Below are positions 12,851 through 25,400 of a stretch of 64,000 bases of DNA, one piece after another. Each line of letters starts with the position of its first letter. The first letter of the stretch is position 1. This DNA comes from Octopus bimaculoides. Its lineage: Eukaryota. The notes below the pieces were generated by a model that worked only from the letters and a program-made list of their open reading frames with translations, had not been told where the DNA came from and did no database searches. Location of the stretch: the NCBI RefSeq assembly GCF_001194135.2, contig NC_068998.1:39743085-39807084 (forward strand), written 5' to 3'. Position numbers and translations under genes: made by a program.

Positions 12851-13920
12851 ATAGATACACACACATATATGTGCGCGCGCGCGCACTAACAATTTTTTAA
12901 AAAGCAGAGGGTGTGTCCTAAATTGAAAAGTTTGAAAATCGTTGGTCTAGGAAAACAACTCCAGAGAGTTGACAAGTAGCAAAAGCAACCATCTAACTTG
13001 CTAACAATTTAGCTAGTTAGCTAACAAATAAACAGACAGGTGTACGGATAGCAACAAAGATGACAAGGTAACAAGGTAAATGTATCTAGCTAGCAAGTGA
13101 GCTACAAAAAAATAAATCTGGAGAAGTAGGTAAGTAGCTTAATACATAAACAGGCAAGATAACAAGTCATGTGCGGAGGGGTGCCCAGGGAACAATCAAT
13201 GCAGCTCACCTCAACCTTAATATCACAACTACCTACCACCTATTTAAGAACAAATATTTATCAGGAATGTCTAGACTAGTAATGACATATATACGAAAAT
13301 AAATAAATAAATAAGTAAATGGATTTCCGTTGGTTTCGACGAGTAGTTGTTCGATCTACTGAAATACCTAATCAATGAATTATCGAGTAAATGAGTGTTT
13401 CACACGTCGTGTACTCTTAGCTCTTCAGCATTTAGATTACTGTCAAATGCTTAATCTCTTCCCCGCCCCTTTCTTTTTCTTTGTTTCCTTGTAATTAAAT
13501 TGTTTCAACTTTTATGCAAATAAAACAAAATTTGTTAATTCATTCCCATTGTTTTGAATTACTCATGCATTTATCTAACAGCTTCGCGATTTCAACGGTG
13601 TAACTTCATTTGTAGAGCGACACAGAAGGGTACGTGTAAGAGACCAGATCTGGCTGGTTTCAGCATGATACAAGTAGAATGTTTGGGCCTGTATCGTTAC
13701 AGGCCTGATATGGCGGGTTTAAATGCTAATGGGTTAATGTTTTCCTTCGACACTCATTGTATGAAAAGGTCGGTACTTAGAATTAAAATCCATTCGACGC
13801 AGTTTACAGGTGGACAGTTTTATTTACAAGCCTTGGGTCAACCAGGGTGATGAAAAATAATAATAAAGACACGTGTCGAATGACACCTCATGGTTACAAA
13901 ACGAACTTCTTAAAACTCGC

Positions 13921-14075
13921 TTAAAAGTAATTAAGTTTATGTCCGGTCATAGAGTGACCAATGATTCCGCATCCACAAAGGCCTTAGCCTTGCAGATGTC
14001 CGCAAACTTTAAGGCCTTTGTGGATACGAAACAATTGGTCACTCTATGACCCGATATAAACTTAATTACTTTTAA
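13921..14075. repeat. Palindromic element, about 66-bp arms, TTAA at both ends
   Basis: TTAAAAGTAATTAAGTTTAT...ATCCACAAAGGCCTTA / TAAGGCCTTTGTGGAT...ATAAACTTAATTACTTTTAA, loop about 23 nt. Confidence 0.85.
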
Positions 14076-15543
14076 TATATTACTGCTCTATGTTTTAGAG
14101 TGTGCTTCATTTTCGTATATATGAAACATTGACAAGATATAGATACACACATACACACACACACGCGTGTGTGTGTGTGTCCTTCAAGTCAGGTTTTTGA
14201 CGTCTGCTTTGTGTATGGGACAACACGTATGCATTATGTGGTGGTGGTAGTGGTGGGTTTTTAGAGTGGCAACGATTATTTAACAGGAGAAATAAGGCTC
14301 ATGAGATGAAGACGGGGGTGGGGCTGAGTCCTCTGACGATGGTCTTTCCCTCCCTCTTGCAACGACTGACACACACACACACGCACACTTTCCCTTATAT
14401 ACAAACTGGGGTGACCTCATATAACCTCGAGAACAATGTATCCCTGACAGCACTAACCTATAAATCCCTTTATAAATCAGCGATGTGTTGATTTGAGTAA
14501 GATTCAGGTGTTATTTGTGGTCAGTTAAACGACTGCGCAAAAGTCATTTCGTTGGCTCGCCTTTGTGTTTATTAACACACTGGATCAACTGTGATCGAAC
14601 AAAACTATGGACCTCGGATCAACACCATTCCGATCTTGGCTATCCCATTTTTTCAGTCTAACTAGGAGATCGTTGTTTAATGTGATCTTGTTTTAAGGTG
14701 GTACTGTATTGTTTGAGAAAATTTAGTTACTATTACGACGGCCAAGCAAGGCCTAATCGGATATCAACGGTACTTATCAACTATTAATAGTTTATGACCA
14801 AACAGTGTACATAAGTCTGTATGTAAGTTTGTATCGCAATACATGCATATATATCTGTATTCTTTAACTCAACACGGTTGAAGAAGCCATGCTGAAACAC
14901 CGCCTTCATTCATATCTGTGTCAACATTTATTTACTACTTACTAAGTTAACGGGGCCCACCCCCGATGTTTCTTCTCCAAACATGAAAATTTTCATTTCT
15001 CCCATTTTCTACGCTATTTTGATAGTGTGCATATATTGTTTTTTATAATGCACTGTCCTCAGCGTGTATATCAGGATTGATTAAAAGTGGATTTCTTTTA
15101 TATGCAGTTTTCGTTCGGTTACCACTTGGCTGGTCCAGTTATGAAATCCATGGCAATTTTTAAAAATGTGTGTGTGTGTATGCGCGCGCAAATACAGCTT
15201 TTCAAATTTTCCAACCCAACCCACCTCCAAATTGCTTTAATTTTTTTCGAAGATTTTTTGTAGATCGTGGGGTGGGGGGGTAAATTTCCCCGTTTAGAAA
15301 TGCAATGATTACGATTTCCGAGAAGGACAGGATTTTGTTTCTTTTAAATTTCAATTTTAATACTGACTGCTTACGAAAATTTCTCACTTTCATTTCGTGA
15401 TCACAAAACAGAAAGCCTACCTCACTTACATACATACGGTTGATACTGGGCAACTGTTATCTAATACACCAGACATACTACGTATATGAAATCAACTGTT
15501 GAAACTTGTTGACTATTATTATATAGTTGCCACAAAACACACA

Positions 15544-15708
15544 CAGGGCTGTCTTAAGCAGCATTATAAGCCCCCACGCAAATTAATGCCTTTGGCCCTA
15601 CAGTATTTAGTGATAGCTTGTCCAGCAAACAGGGTTCAGAGTTGGTCCCCTCGATCTGTGAGGCCCTCGGGCAACGGCCCAGTGTGACCAGGCCTTAAGA
15701 CGATATTG
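15544..15708. mobile_element. Degenerate hAT-type MITE
   Basis: CAGGGCTGTCTTAAG at the left end, CTTAAGACGATATTG at the right, with internal GGCCC motifs. Confidence 0.4.
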
Positions 15709-15769
15709 CACAGATACAGAACACATAGAGTAAATATATGTCCACATAAAGCAACGAAATAGCTTTTAG

Positions 15770-16170
15770 AAATTGCAGCCAACTCTAACTCAAGTCCCAT
15801 TCTATTGTCTTTCAGATTAAACACACACACACACACACATACAAATGATGAATTCAAAGAACAATGTAGTAACCACAGCTGGAATGTATTTCGGCAATAG
15901 ATCTGCTCGATTAGGCCTGACCTAGGATTAAACGACATCTCAAGTACATACCCACATAAACCAATCGCGGGGACCTGTAAGTGGACGCTCAAGCTTTTAG
16001 AAGTAGCAACTAACTCTAACTCAAATCCAACCCTACTATTTCAAATAAAAATAGATAAACAAAGACTACACTGGATAATGAGGTCAGAGAAAGACGGGGT
16101 GGTCGCAGCTGGAATGTCTTTTGACAGAGGTCTGATCGATCAGGACTGACCTAGGGCTAAACAATATCTT
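15770..16170. repeat. Two tandem copies of a dispersed repeat (family E: GCTGGAATG...GATCAGGACTGACCTAGGGCTAAACAA)
   Basis: The same motifs recur, in either orientation, near 3440-3520, 3700-3900, 23500-23710, 48060-48200, 50810-51030, 51250-51410 and 62900-63080; class unknown. Confidence 0.65.
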
Positions 16171-17708
16171 CAACGCACATAATACGAAAGTAAACACTAG
16201 GATTTTGGTCAGACTAAATCATGGTTTTTATCGTCAGCAATTTAAAGGTGCGTCGAAATGATTTGCAGTGAGGTCCTAAATAAAAGTATTGAGCAGGGCC
16301 CATGTATATGAAGTTGTACACATGAAATGGGACGTATTAATTCAGTTTTATTTTATAAAGTATAATATGAGTGCACATATTAACATAGAACACACCTAAA
16401 TAAAGTGGATGACTCAGGTGTGTGAGTCTATACGTGTTTGACTTTATGATGCGACTAGTGTCTCTACGTATTTGTTTCATAACACACACACACACACACA
16501 GACGGAAAAGGTTGACCAGACCTCGAAGTCACTGTCAGCCTTTTCCTTGTAAAAATTAATTAATATGGTACTCTACTAGAATGTATCGGGTGAGCCTTCA
16601 ATTTAATGTTCAGCTGTTTTTATACTTAACTTTACGTACAAGCAAACAATATATATTTTATACCACACACATATATATTCAACAACTTTAGAGAGAGAGA
16701 GAGAATGAATGACCTATATGTCTTCTCAAGTTTTTAACTACAAATCAATGTTAAATCGTTTCATATAGGACATGTGTGTGTGTGTGTGTCATAAGTGTAT
16801 ACGCTTTTCATGTATGGATGTGTATATATATGTAGGATGTATAGATTTCTCGATGTAAAGTGACCGTTAGCAGTTGACACAGTTTAATATGACTGCTGTA
16901 GTTGATGCAGCAGAGCCACAAGTGACAAAAAACATTGATGTTGTGACAGAGATGACATTAACCCATGTAACGTAACGTAAGCCCACTTGTTTGTTTCATC
17001 GATCTCTTTGAATCGATCGGTATGATTCAGCTATGAGACAACTTGACTGGCCCGACTCGAGTCCCTAGTAACCTGGCTTCATCGATGTGACATAATCCTT
17101 AGTAACCAAGATCAATAGATAGTTATAAAAGTAATGCAACAAACGATTTCTTACAAAAGTACAGGGCCACTAATAATAACAAAAACAATCGTGAACATTC
17201 ATTGGTCAATGTAAGGGGAAAACTCATTTCAGTCAGAATGATACTGGTATATTACAGGTATTTATCGATGCAGGGGGGGGGGTTCTCACAAACGCCTTAA
17301 CCGTGTGTCTTGATACAACTACAGCTTGGTGTCTCTTTGTTTACTCTTTTTTTTTTTTTCAAAGGGATTTTAAAAAGGCAGAGACGTTTTTTAAGCTGTA
17401 GCTTAAGATTAAATTGATAAAATTTAGGTGGGGGGAGCATTTTAGAGGAGCTTCAGAACATTGCCGTTACCCCGACGGAGCAGGGAACACTAATCTCCAA
17501 TTATATATAGGCAGAGAAATGGAAGAAAAAAAAAAGGAAGGGGGATAAAGTCTTTTTCTTGCTTTTTTTTTTTTGTAGTAGATGTAAAAATGAAATTACA
17601 ACAACCAGGAATCGAAACCGAATCTGTAGACTCGATGTTCTCGACAAACTACAAAGGAAAGTTATACACATACACATTTATATATATGTATTTATAAAGA
17701 AAACTTAC

Positions 17709-17867
17709 ACTTATGTCAACGGTATAAACAGTGCCATCCAGAAGAACGACGTTACACGTGAGCTGATTTTTCTTGCGACCAGCTACCTGTCCTCCATCGG
17801 TTGTGGTATTACCTCCACCGAGTCGGGTACGTCTCCTACCCGTTAAAAGACGAAATAATGCCGACAT
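17709..17867 (-). CDS. EPB41L5: First coding exon (53 aa) of a FERM-domain / band 4.1 superfamily gene, most like EPB41L5/EPB41L4B/yurt; PTPN3/4 not excluded
   Basis: ATG at 17867 gives MSALFRLLTGRRRTRLGGGNTTTDGGQVAGRKKNQLTCNVVLLDGTVYTVDIS, then a phase-0 GTAAGT donor at 17708. C-x-V-x-LLDGT is the start of the FERM-N lobe. The FR-x-x-x-GRR N-terminus and the exon end after VDxx match the first coding exon of EPB41L5 as I recall it. I found no second FERM exon in 1-17708. Confidence 0.8.
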
Positions 17868-18058
17868 TGCTGCTATCTTTTCAACATAGAAATAACTAGT
17901 TAGTGACAGTAATAACAGTAATATTACTACTAATACTATTTAAAGCAACGGAGACTAAGTACAGAGAGAAAAAGAGAGTGAGAGCTCTGGATGTGCGTGT
18001 GAGAGAGAGAGAGAGAGAGAGACACGGCGAGTAAATGTTACTGCATTAAACTTTCTTT

Positions 18059-18090
<32 letters not shown>

Positions 18091-18900
18091 TATATTGTTT
18101 CGGGTGTTCTTCCGTGTGTTTATACTGTTGCTTCTTTCTCTCGCCTTTTTTTAAAATATATATATATATATATATACCCCGGTTAGTGGGTGTACGTCAT
18201 GGATGAGAAATTCAAACAAAGGCAGACGACAATAATGGGTAATTCAATCAGCTCTCCAAGAGGTTAAGTCTACTGTAAGTATTTTTTTTTTTCGGTGATT
18301 ATCCACGTATTTTCACGTCCTTGGTCTGTGTATGTGTGTATTTATTTAAATAATTTTTCCCTAACTTTTTCTTCCTACTGAGCAACAACTTCCTGCCTCA
18401 CGATATCTCTTTCTATATATTTGTGTATATACACAGTTTGTGTCTTCATAGACATATAGTAGAAGTTTTTAAGGAGGTGGTTCCCCTTATTTTCCCCCCT
18501 TATATTATTATAATCACAGTCCACTGCTTTGTAGTAGTAGCTGTATTAGTAATGGTATATGGATATAGTTATACTTATAATGGTGTTGTTGCAGTTATTG
18601 TCAGCAAGAGTTTACGATTTGTGTTGCTGTCCGTCATGGTAGCGCCTGTAGGCTGATTCGGCTCCGCCACACTAAATCCACAGTACTCGGTTCAGACAGG
18701 TGGTGGGGGGGGGGGCAATTGTCGATACTGCTGCTGCTCGCGGTGACTCGGACGAGTAAAGCAGGAGGAGGGGAAAAGTTGAGCACGAAGCTGATACACA
18801 AGAAGAATAAGATAATAACAGCTACAATAGAGTAATAGTAAGAGGATGATGATAGAGTAACAAGAAGCGAAGAAAGGTGCATTTCTCACGGGCTTGTGCA
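17868..18900 (-). promoter_or_regulatory. Probable 5' UTR / promoter region of the FERM gene
   Basis: CpG-retaining, locally GC-rich non-repeat sequence (notably 18620-18800) directly upstream of the ATG; ACTTCCTG (ETS-like) near 18378 and ACGTCA (CRE half-site) at 18194. TSS not determinable. Confidence 0.45.
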
Positions 18901-19362
18901 TGTGTGTGATTATATGCGGGTATATGTGTGTGTGTGATCCACACTCCCCCCCTCTGTCTATCTTTCACATATATACATTTATTCTTTGTCTCATTTTGTC
19001 TTTCTTTACATCTTTTGCTCTCTCTCTCTTTCTTCTCTCTCATTGGTTTTACTCTTTCACCTTTTCTCTTTCCCTACCCTATACTCTTTCTTTTCCTATT
19101 TACACTTTCTCCGCTTTATTCATGTCCCTCACATTTACCCTCCACACTCGCTCTCTTTTTTCTTCCCCGGTTGTCATTGTTTCTCTTTCTCTATCTGTCT
19201 TACACGTTCTCTCTCTCTCTCTCTCTCTCTGTCTTTTTCCTTCACGCTTAACTACGCCATTCTTATATTCCAGTCTCTCTCTTTGTCTTTCTGCCTTAAC
19301 TTTTACATAGAATTCCCAACTTATATTTCCTTATTTCAGTATTTCGTTTACTATTCCTAATA

Positions 19363-19363
19363 G

Positions 19364-19394
<31 letters not shown>

Positions 19395-19626
19395 CCTGTT
19401 TGTCTCTTTCTCTCTCTCTCTCTCTCTATCTATCTAGCTATCGAAGTCTGTCTGTCTCTATGTCTGTCTGTCTATATCTCAGTGCCTCTCTGTCTCTATC
19501 TATCTGTCAGTGCCTCTCTCTCTCTTTATCTATCTATCTATCTGTTTGTGTCTGTGACTCTATCTGTCAGTCTGTCTATCTCTATCTGTGTATCTGTCTG
19601 TCTTTATGTTAACTGTCTGTCTGTTT

Positions 19627-19682
<56 letters not shown>

Positions 19683-19707
19683 CTATTTATCTATCTATCT
19701 CTATCTA
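19363..19707. repeat. Compound (TCTA)n/(TC)n microsatellite
   Basis: Visible directly; the mariner at 19708 is inserted at its end. Confidence 0.92.
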
Positions 19708-20857
19708 CAAGGAGGTATCAAAAAGTTCCAGGAATAGTTGTTTAATAAAAAAATAACTTATTTACCTAAGTTTTAATATCACCTCCTTCAAAATATTTAC
19801 CTTGCGCAGCAACACAGTGGTCCCAACATTCCTGCCACTTTTGGAATCCAGCTTGGAAGTCAAGGACCTTCTGCCATTCACTCTAGATCACAACAACAGT
19901 GTTAAAACAGCAATCTTTGGGCTGCATTTTCATCTTAGGGAAGACATAGAAGTCCACAAGTGCTGACGAATACGGCAGGTGCGGAATGATGACATGAGCA
20001 AGGAGAATTCAGTGACAGGGTTCATTGTCATCATGAAGGGTCCGATTCTTTACGCTCAACAGATCTGGTCACTTTCACCAAATGTCCTCCCTCAAACACT
20101 TAAAAATGTCACAGTAAAACTCTCAATTGACGGTTTCGCCTCAGGAGACAAATTCTTGATGCACAATACCATATTTCCAAGGGTAACACTTGTGGCAGAT
20201 CTTCTAGATCAGGGGTTTTCAAACTTTTTGACTTGCGGACCCCTTTATATTTCAGGCTTTTTATGAAATTTATACATAAATATTTGCTTAAAATAACATA
20301 TTTTTACATTTATTTATTTAACAGTATTTAACAAATAGGTTTATTGTCAATTAAAAGATTTCGATTAAAAAAACATATATAAAATCAAATTGCCCATAAA
20401 AAGTATTTGCTGTCCACGGAACCCCTGTCTTGTCCTTGTGGACCCCCTGTGGTCCACGGACCACAGTTTGAAAACCCCTGTTCTAGATCGCTCATCATTT
20501 TCCAGAGATGTTCTTCCAATTTTGAAGTGCCTGCACCACTTGAAACATTGTGTACAACCCATTGCCTCATTGCCATAAACTTGCTGAAGCATGCTTAATG
20601 TCTCTGCAGCAGACTTCCCAAGTTTAATGCAAAATTTCACATTGGCTCTTTGGTCCTGTCCATAACAAAATCGCAGACTACAGCATACATGTGATCTCAA
20701 AAACACAAATTTCACAACTTGCAAAGTAAACACAGTGATGTCACTCGGCACACTGCCTCATGAAGGCCACTGCTAGCTGTCATTGCACATGCAACTAGTT
20801 GCTACAATCAGTTGGTGCACTACAGAATTAGTCTAGGAAATTTTTGATACCACCTTG
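19708..20857 (-). mobile_element. Decayed mariner element interrupted by a hAT MITE
   Basis: TIRs CAAGGAGGTATCAAAAAGTTCC / GGAAATTTTTGATACCACCTTG, TA on both sides. Minus-strand transposase remnant DQRANVKFCIKLGKSAAETLSMLQQVYGNEAM...SLENDERS. Confidence 0.88.
20210..20480. mobile_element. hAT (Charlie-like) MITE, 271 bp, nested in the mariner
   Basis: TIR CAGGGGTTTTCAAACT / AGTTTGAAAACCCCTG; perfect 8-bp TSD TTCTAGAT at 20202-20209 and 20481-20488. Confidence 0.93.
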
Positions 20858-20985
20858 TATCTATCTATATACCTATCTTATCTAGTCTGTCTGTCTACCT
20901 ATCTATCAATCTGTCTTCTTCTTCTGCCTTTCTCACTTCTACTCTTCTCTCATTCTTTCAATTTATTTCACTCATTACTCAACAC

Positions 20986-21034
<49 letters not shown>

Positions 21035-21441
21035 CCATTCAAACTTTCTTTGCCTCTACCAACTCATACATCAGGAGTTCAATTCCACTGCTGCTATCAC
21101 ATTTTTGTTCTTCAACCCCAGGTTGTTGCTAATCCAGTAAAACCATGATTAAAAATGTTTCACTTGGTGCTATTCTAATGCACAGTAGTTATCCAGAGGC
21201 ACCACTGATCAAGGAGGGAGCTCAATGCAAATTTTTGTATGATTTTGTTGTGTGGGACCACTCTCACCATGCATTATAGACCCAGGTGCCCATTATACAG
21301 TTTAAGACAGCTTCAGCCTATGCAACAATGCCAAAATCTTTAAACATTGTAATATATCAATAAAACCTAACATATATATACATACATATAAGATGAGGTG
21401 TAGGCATGGCTGTGTGGTCAGAAGCCTGCTTCCCAACCACA

Positions 21442-21451
21442 NNNNNNNNNN

Positions 21452-21506
<55 letters not shown>

Positions 21507-21582
21507 CATACACATATATATATACATACATACACATATATATACATATATACCACATGTGTGGTGTGTATTCATATATATA
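21442..21582. repeat. 10-N gap followed by a (TA)n-rich tract
   Basis: Visible directly; the DD37D element is inserted at its end. Confidence 0.9.
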
Positions 21583-22839
21583 CAGGGTGTGTAAAGTATT
21601 TGAGGACATACCTTTTTGGGATCATTGCTGCATTTTTTGCTTACTTTGGATAATCTTTGTTCCAGAAAATAATAATGGCAGACCCTCAGCTTACTCAAGA
21701 AATGAAGAGGCATGCTGTTATTGTGGTTTTAAAGGCTGGGTATAGTGATTTAGAAATATTTTGATTTTTAAAAGTTGCCAGATCTTTCGTCTACAAAGTT
21801 TGTTAGGAGCTAGAGACTGAAGATGGAAACATATCACCAGTATCAAAACATAAAAAGCATTCTAAACACTCTGAAATCATCAGAACACCTGAATTTATCC
21901 AAAAAGTTCAACAGACCATTGATTACAATGCCAGAAAGTCCATGAGGTCAATTGGAAAACATCTCCATGTGTCGAGGAACAGTCAGAAATTCTGTCCACG
22001 AAGACATCAGATATAAGTCTTGTATGATGAGGAAAGGTCAATTTGTCAGAAAAAGCAAAAGAAAATCACTACATCAGATCTAAAAGGCTCTTAAACAAAC
22101 TGAAAAATCCAGCAGAAGATTTGATTTGGTTTTTCTCAAATGAGAAAATCTTCAACCAAGATCAAAAAGTTTACAAAAGAAATGACAGATGGTTATGTGC
22201 AGAACCCTTCTGAAGTTCCAAATGTTATGTGTACAAAATTTCCTGCAACTGTCATGGTTTTAGGGGTTGTCAGCAATGAAGCACATGTGATGCCTCCTTA
22301 CTTTCCACATGGCCTTAGAGTTAACTCTGCTGCCTATATTAAGGTCCTGGAAATAATTGTTTAGCCTTGGATAGACAGTGTATGCAATGGAAGGCAATGT
22401 GTGTTTCAGCAGGACTCTGCACTATCACACATGGCTCTAGTAACACAGGAATGGATGGCTGAAAATTTTCGTGATCACATAATCCCTAACATTTGGCCTC
22501 CTAATTCCCCAGATCTCAATCCATTGGACTATTACATGCGGAGCGTTGTTGAGAGAGAAGTCAATGAACACACCCATAACACCAACGATTCTTTGAAAGC
22601 TGTGAGAGTCAAAGTAATGTCCAAAATGAATCAGGACCACTTGATTCGAGCATGTAGATCATTTAGATCTCATATAGAAGCAGTAGTTGAAGCTGAAGGT
22701 GGCTTTGTTGAATAACATTATAGAAAAGTTTTATTTTTATCCTCGTAGCATTTTTTGATAAATAAAGTTATCATCTGTTATTATATATCTGTTTTTTTTT
22801 TATAAACATAATCTGGCCTTAAATATCTTACGCACCCTG
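21583..22839 (+). mobile_element. Full-length but inactivated Tc1/mariner element of the DD37D (maT) family
   Basis: TIRs CAGGGTGTGTAAAGTATTTGAGG / CCTTAAATATCTTACGCACCCTG, TA TSD. Transposase from ATG 21675 with stops and frameshifts; 37 residues between QQD and the final D of SPDLNPLD. Confidence 0.92.
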
Positions 22840-24119
22840 TACACACACAGAGTGTATGGCGTTATTTCGCATGATTTATGCGTGCAGACTGTAGTGAACT
22901 TCCTTAGGCAAGGTAGATTACTCTGGTTGTCCAAGACGACTTTAGTTAATCACATCCATGCTGGATTAATTCTGTCGTTCGTTATAGGAAGAACAGTTAG
23001 CTGTAAACTTTCTCTGATGTTCAATGTACAAATATCCGAATGTTTCTACCCCCGGTAAAGCTCTTGATACACAACAAAATAGAACACCCTGCTGTATTTG
23101 CTAGGCGTTTGTTGAATCGATCGTAAACCCACGGAACACGACCGAGTATGCTGTGGTTCTATGGCTATGATACATACCACCTTTAGCCAGTGTTTAATTG
23201 CTGCTTACACTTTTAGATGTGATTAAAGTATGACTAATTTATCTTTATTTTTATGGTGGTTTCACCTGAGCTGGGAGGGGTTACCTGACTACACGATGAT
23301 GGACTTTTCGACTGCTATAAGCTCGGAGAGAAACCTTTGTGATATGTGCATGTCGGGCAATGAAACGAGTTTTAATACTAGAGAAAAGTATTTTTATGGC
23401 TTACAGTCAATGCAGTTTGCGTAACACACAAGAGAAAGGCGGGTGGTCATAGTGGGAACGTCATTACTCATGGGTTTTCACCGTTGGGATTGACCCGATG
23501 TCAAAAGAGCGATGCTCTGCGTGGTCGTTCGAATATCAGCTAAATTTCTCTATAAGCATACCCTACCGCCTGAAAATAGAAATTAAAATAAATAGATATT
23601 CAATAAAGCAATTTAAGATTGATTGTATTTGAAAAGATGGGATTGTCGCAGCTCGAATGTCTTTGATTGATCATGCATAGGTGTACTCAATGGTTGCTGA
23701 CCCCGGGTTAAACATCAAAGAGTAATAAAGCGGTAAGCGGCATTAGAGTATAAGAAAACATCTCTCATTACTTTAAGATAATATTAGTTATTTTATTATT
23801 GTTTAAGTGATGTTAAATAATTAGTGCCACCTTTTGCTTCGGCCATAACCTGAATATGTTTTCATATATTAAAAGGGATGCACAGGTAAGGGTTGTTCGA
23901 GATACAACCCCCACCCCCAATAATGATCTAAAACTTCTGAAGTTCAGGTGAGAAAAAACTGGAATGATAAAACTGAAGATTTTGCGCCGCTAAAATATAT
24001 TATACCATTACTTTAATTTAAATTTTTCATAAAATCATTTGAAAAAGCATTTTCTCTGCTCCAAATATAAAATTCAGAGTTTTACTTGTTCACAGATGCG
24101 AAAATAAGGACTGGCTTTC

Positions 24120-24404
24120 ATTTAGTAAACAAACATGTCAGCGCCCTTGTAAATGGCGTGGTTTTGCAATGTATAATCTACAGTTTCCTTTCTTTGACAT
24201 GGTTATTTGATCTCATTCACTGCTGCTGCTATTATAGTAAGTTATTTACTCGAGTTTGGTTGTAGTTTTGATGTTGTTGAATATTAATTAAGATGTTATT
24301 TAGTTTCCGCCTTGAGTTTGAAGTTGTCATTAACTATTTCCGAAGGTCGAATAAGTGCCATGTCTAAACAGGTGTGCCCTGCCGAATCGAACACACTTGC
24401 TAAG
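24120..24404 (+). promoter_or_regulatory. Probable promoter and 5' exon(s) of TMEM177
   Basis: CpG-rich unique sequence with a YY1-like AAATGGCG near 24151 and two plus-strand donors (ATA|GTAAGT at 24237, AAG|GTATGC at 24405). CpG depletion typical of a gene body begins about 1.4 kb downstream. Confidence 0.5.
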
Positions 24405-25109
24405 GTATGCCGATTCCTTTATTAATTAGCCTTCTATCTTTCGTTGAAAGAAGTCAATATCATCTTCTAGTTCCTTGAGTATTAATATGGTAATTTTGGC
24501 GGAGGTAAAGAATACGTACATCACCCGTTTTCGGCGTAACAAAAACCCTAACCCTAAACACCGGTTGTACGTATTCTTTACTTTCGCCGTAATTTCTTAC
24601 GTAAGCACACGATCAGAAATTTGGAAATAAGGGTTTAGTCGATTAAATTGGTTCTAGTAGTTGACATGTACTTTATTTTATCGACCCAGAAACAACGATA
24701 AACGAATAAACGCTTGACTGGGTTTGAATTGAGAATATAAAATGATCCAAGAGAAATACGACGCTCTAATGATTCTAACAAGTCACCAGCTTACAGTTGT
24801 TTCTAACATAGGCACATAGGGTTGTAACGTAGTTAAACTTATGAGGGAGGAGGCCAATTGATTAAATGAATCTCCTGAACTTACCTGGGATTTTGTTTTA
24901 TATAGAGGATAACTCCTCTAGACTGGATAAAATAAAGTCCAAAATTACGAAGATAAAAAACCAGAACAAATACTGCAAAGTATTTTTACCCCGACGCTAT
25001 AACGATTCTAGCAATCCACCACCCTTCTGCGTAATGATATAATAATGATATATCCTCTTATTGATACGGATTCAAATTCGTTGAAGGAGTGGTTTCACAC
25101 AGGTTCACA

Positions 25110-25400
25110 AGAATACTGAAAATTTACTAATCTATCCGTCTCCTCCGCTTACTCTCCTTGGGACAGTCGTGGGGATAGTGTCCTCAGACACCCTCTCTTT
25201 AGGGTTGTATAAGAAGAAACCATTGTTAGACTTTCCGGCTGCATTCCAAACCGTGACCAACTGAGGCTATGAATATCCAACCATCTTAGTCCTAATCTAC
25301 CTCTAGGTCTCCTGTCAGCTTACCCTGAAGAATCTGTTTTGCAATTTTTTCCTACGACACGCTAATCACATGTATGCAGTACTGGAGCTGTAACCTGTCA
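25110..25400 (-). mobile_element. RTE-clade LINE 3' fragment
   Basis: Decayed reading LQY-x-x-HVI...EKIAKQILQGKLTG-x-RPRGR-x-x-LRWLD, typical of the RTE C-terminus. Confidence 0.6.
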
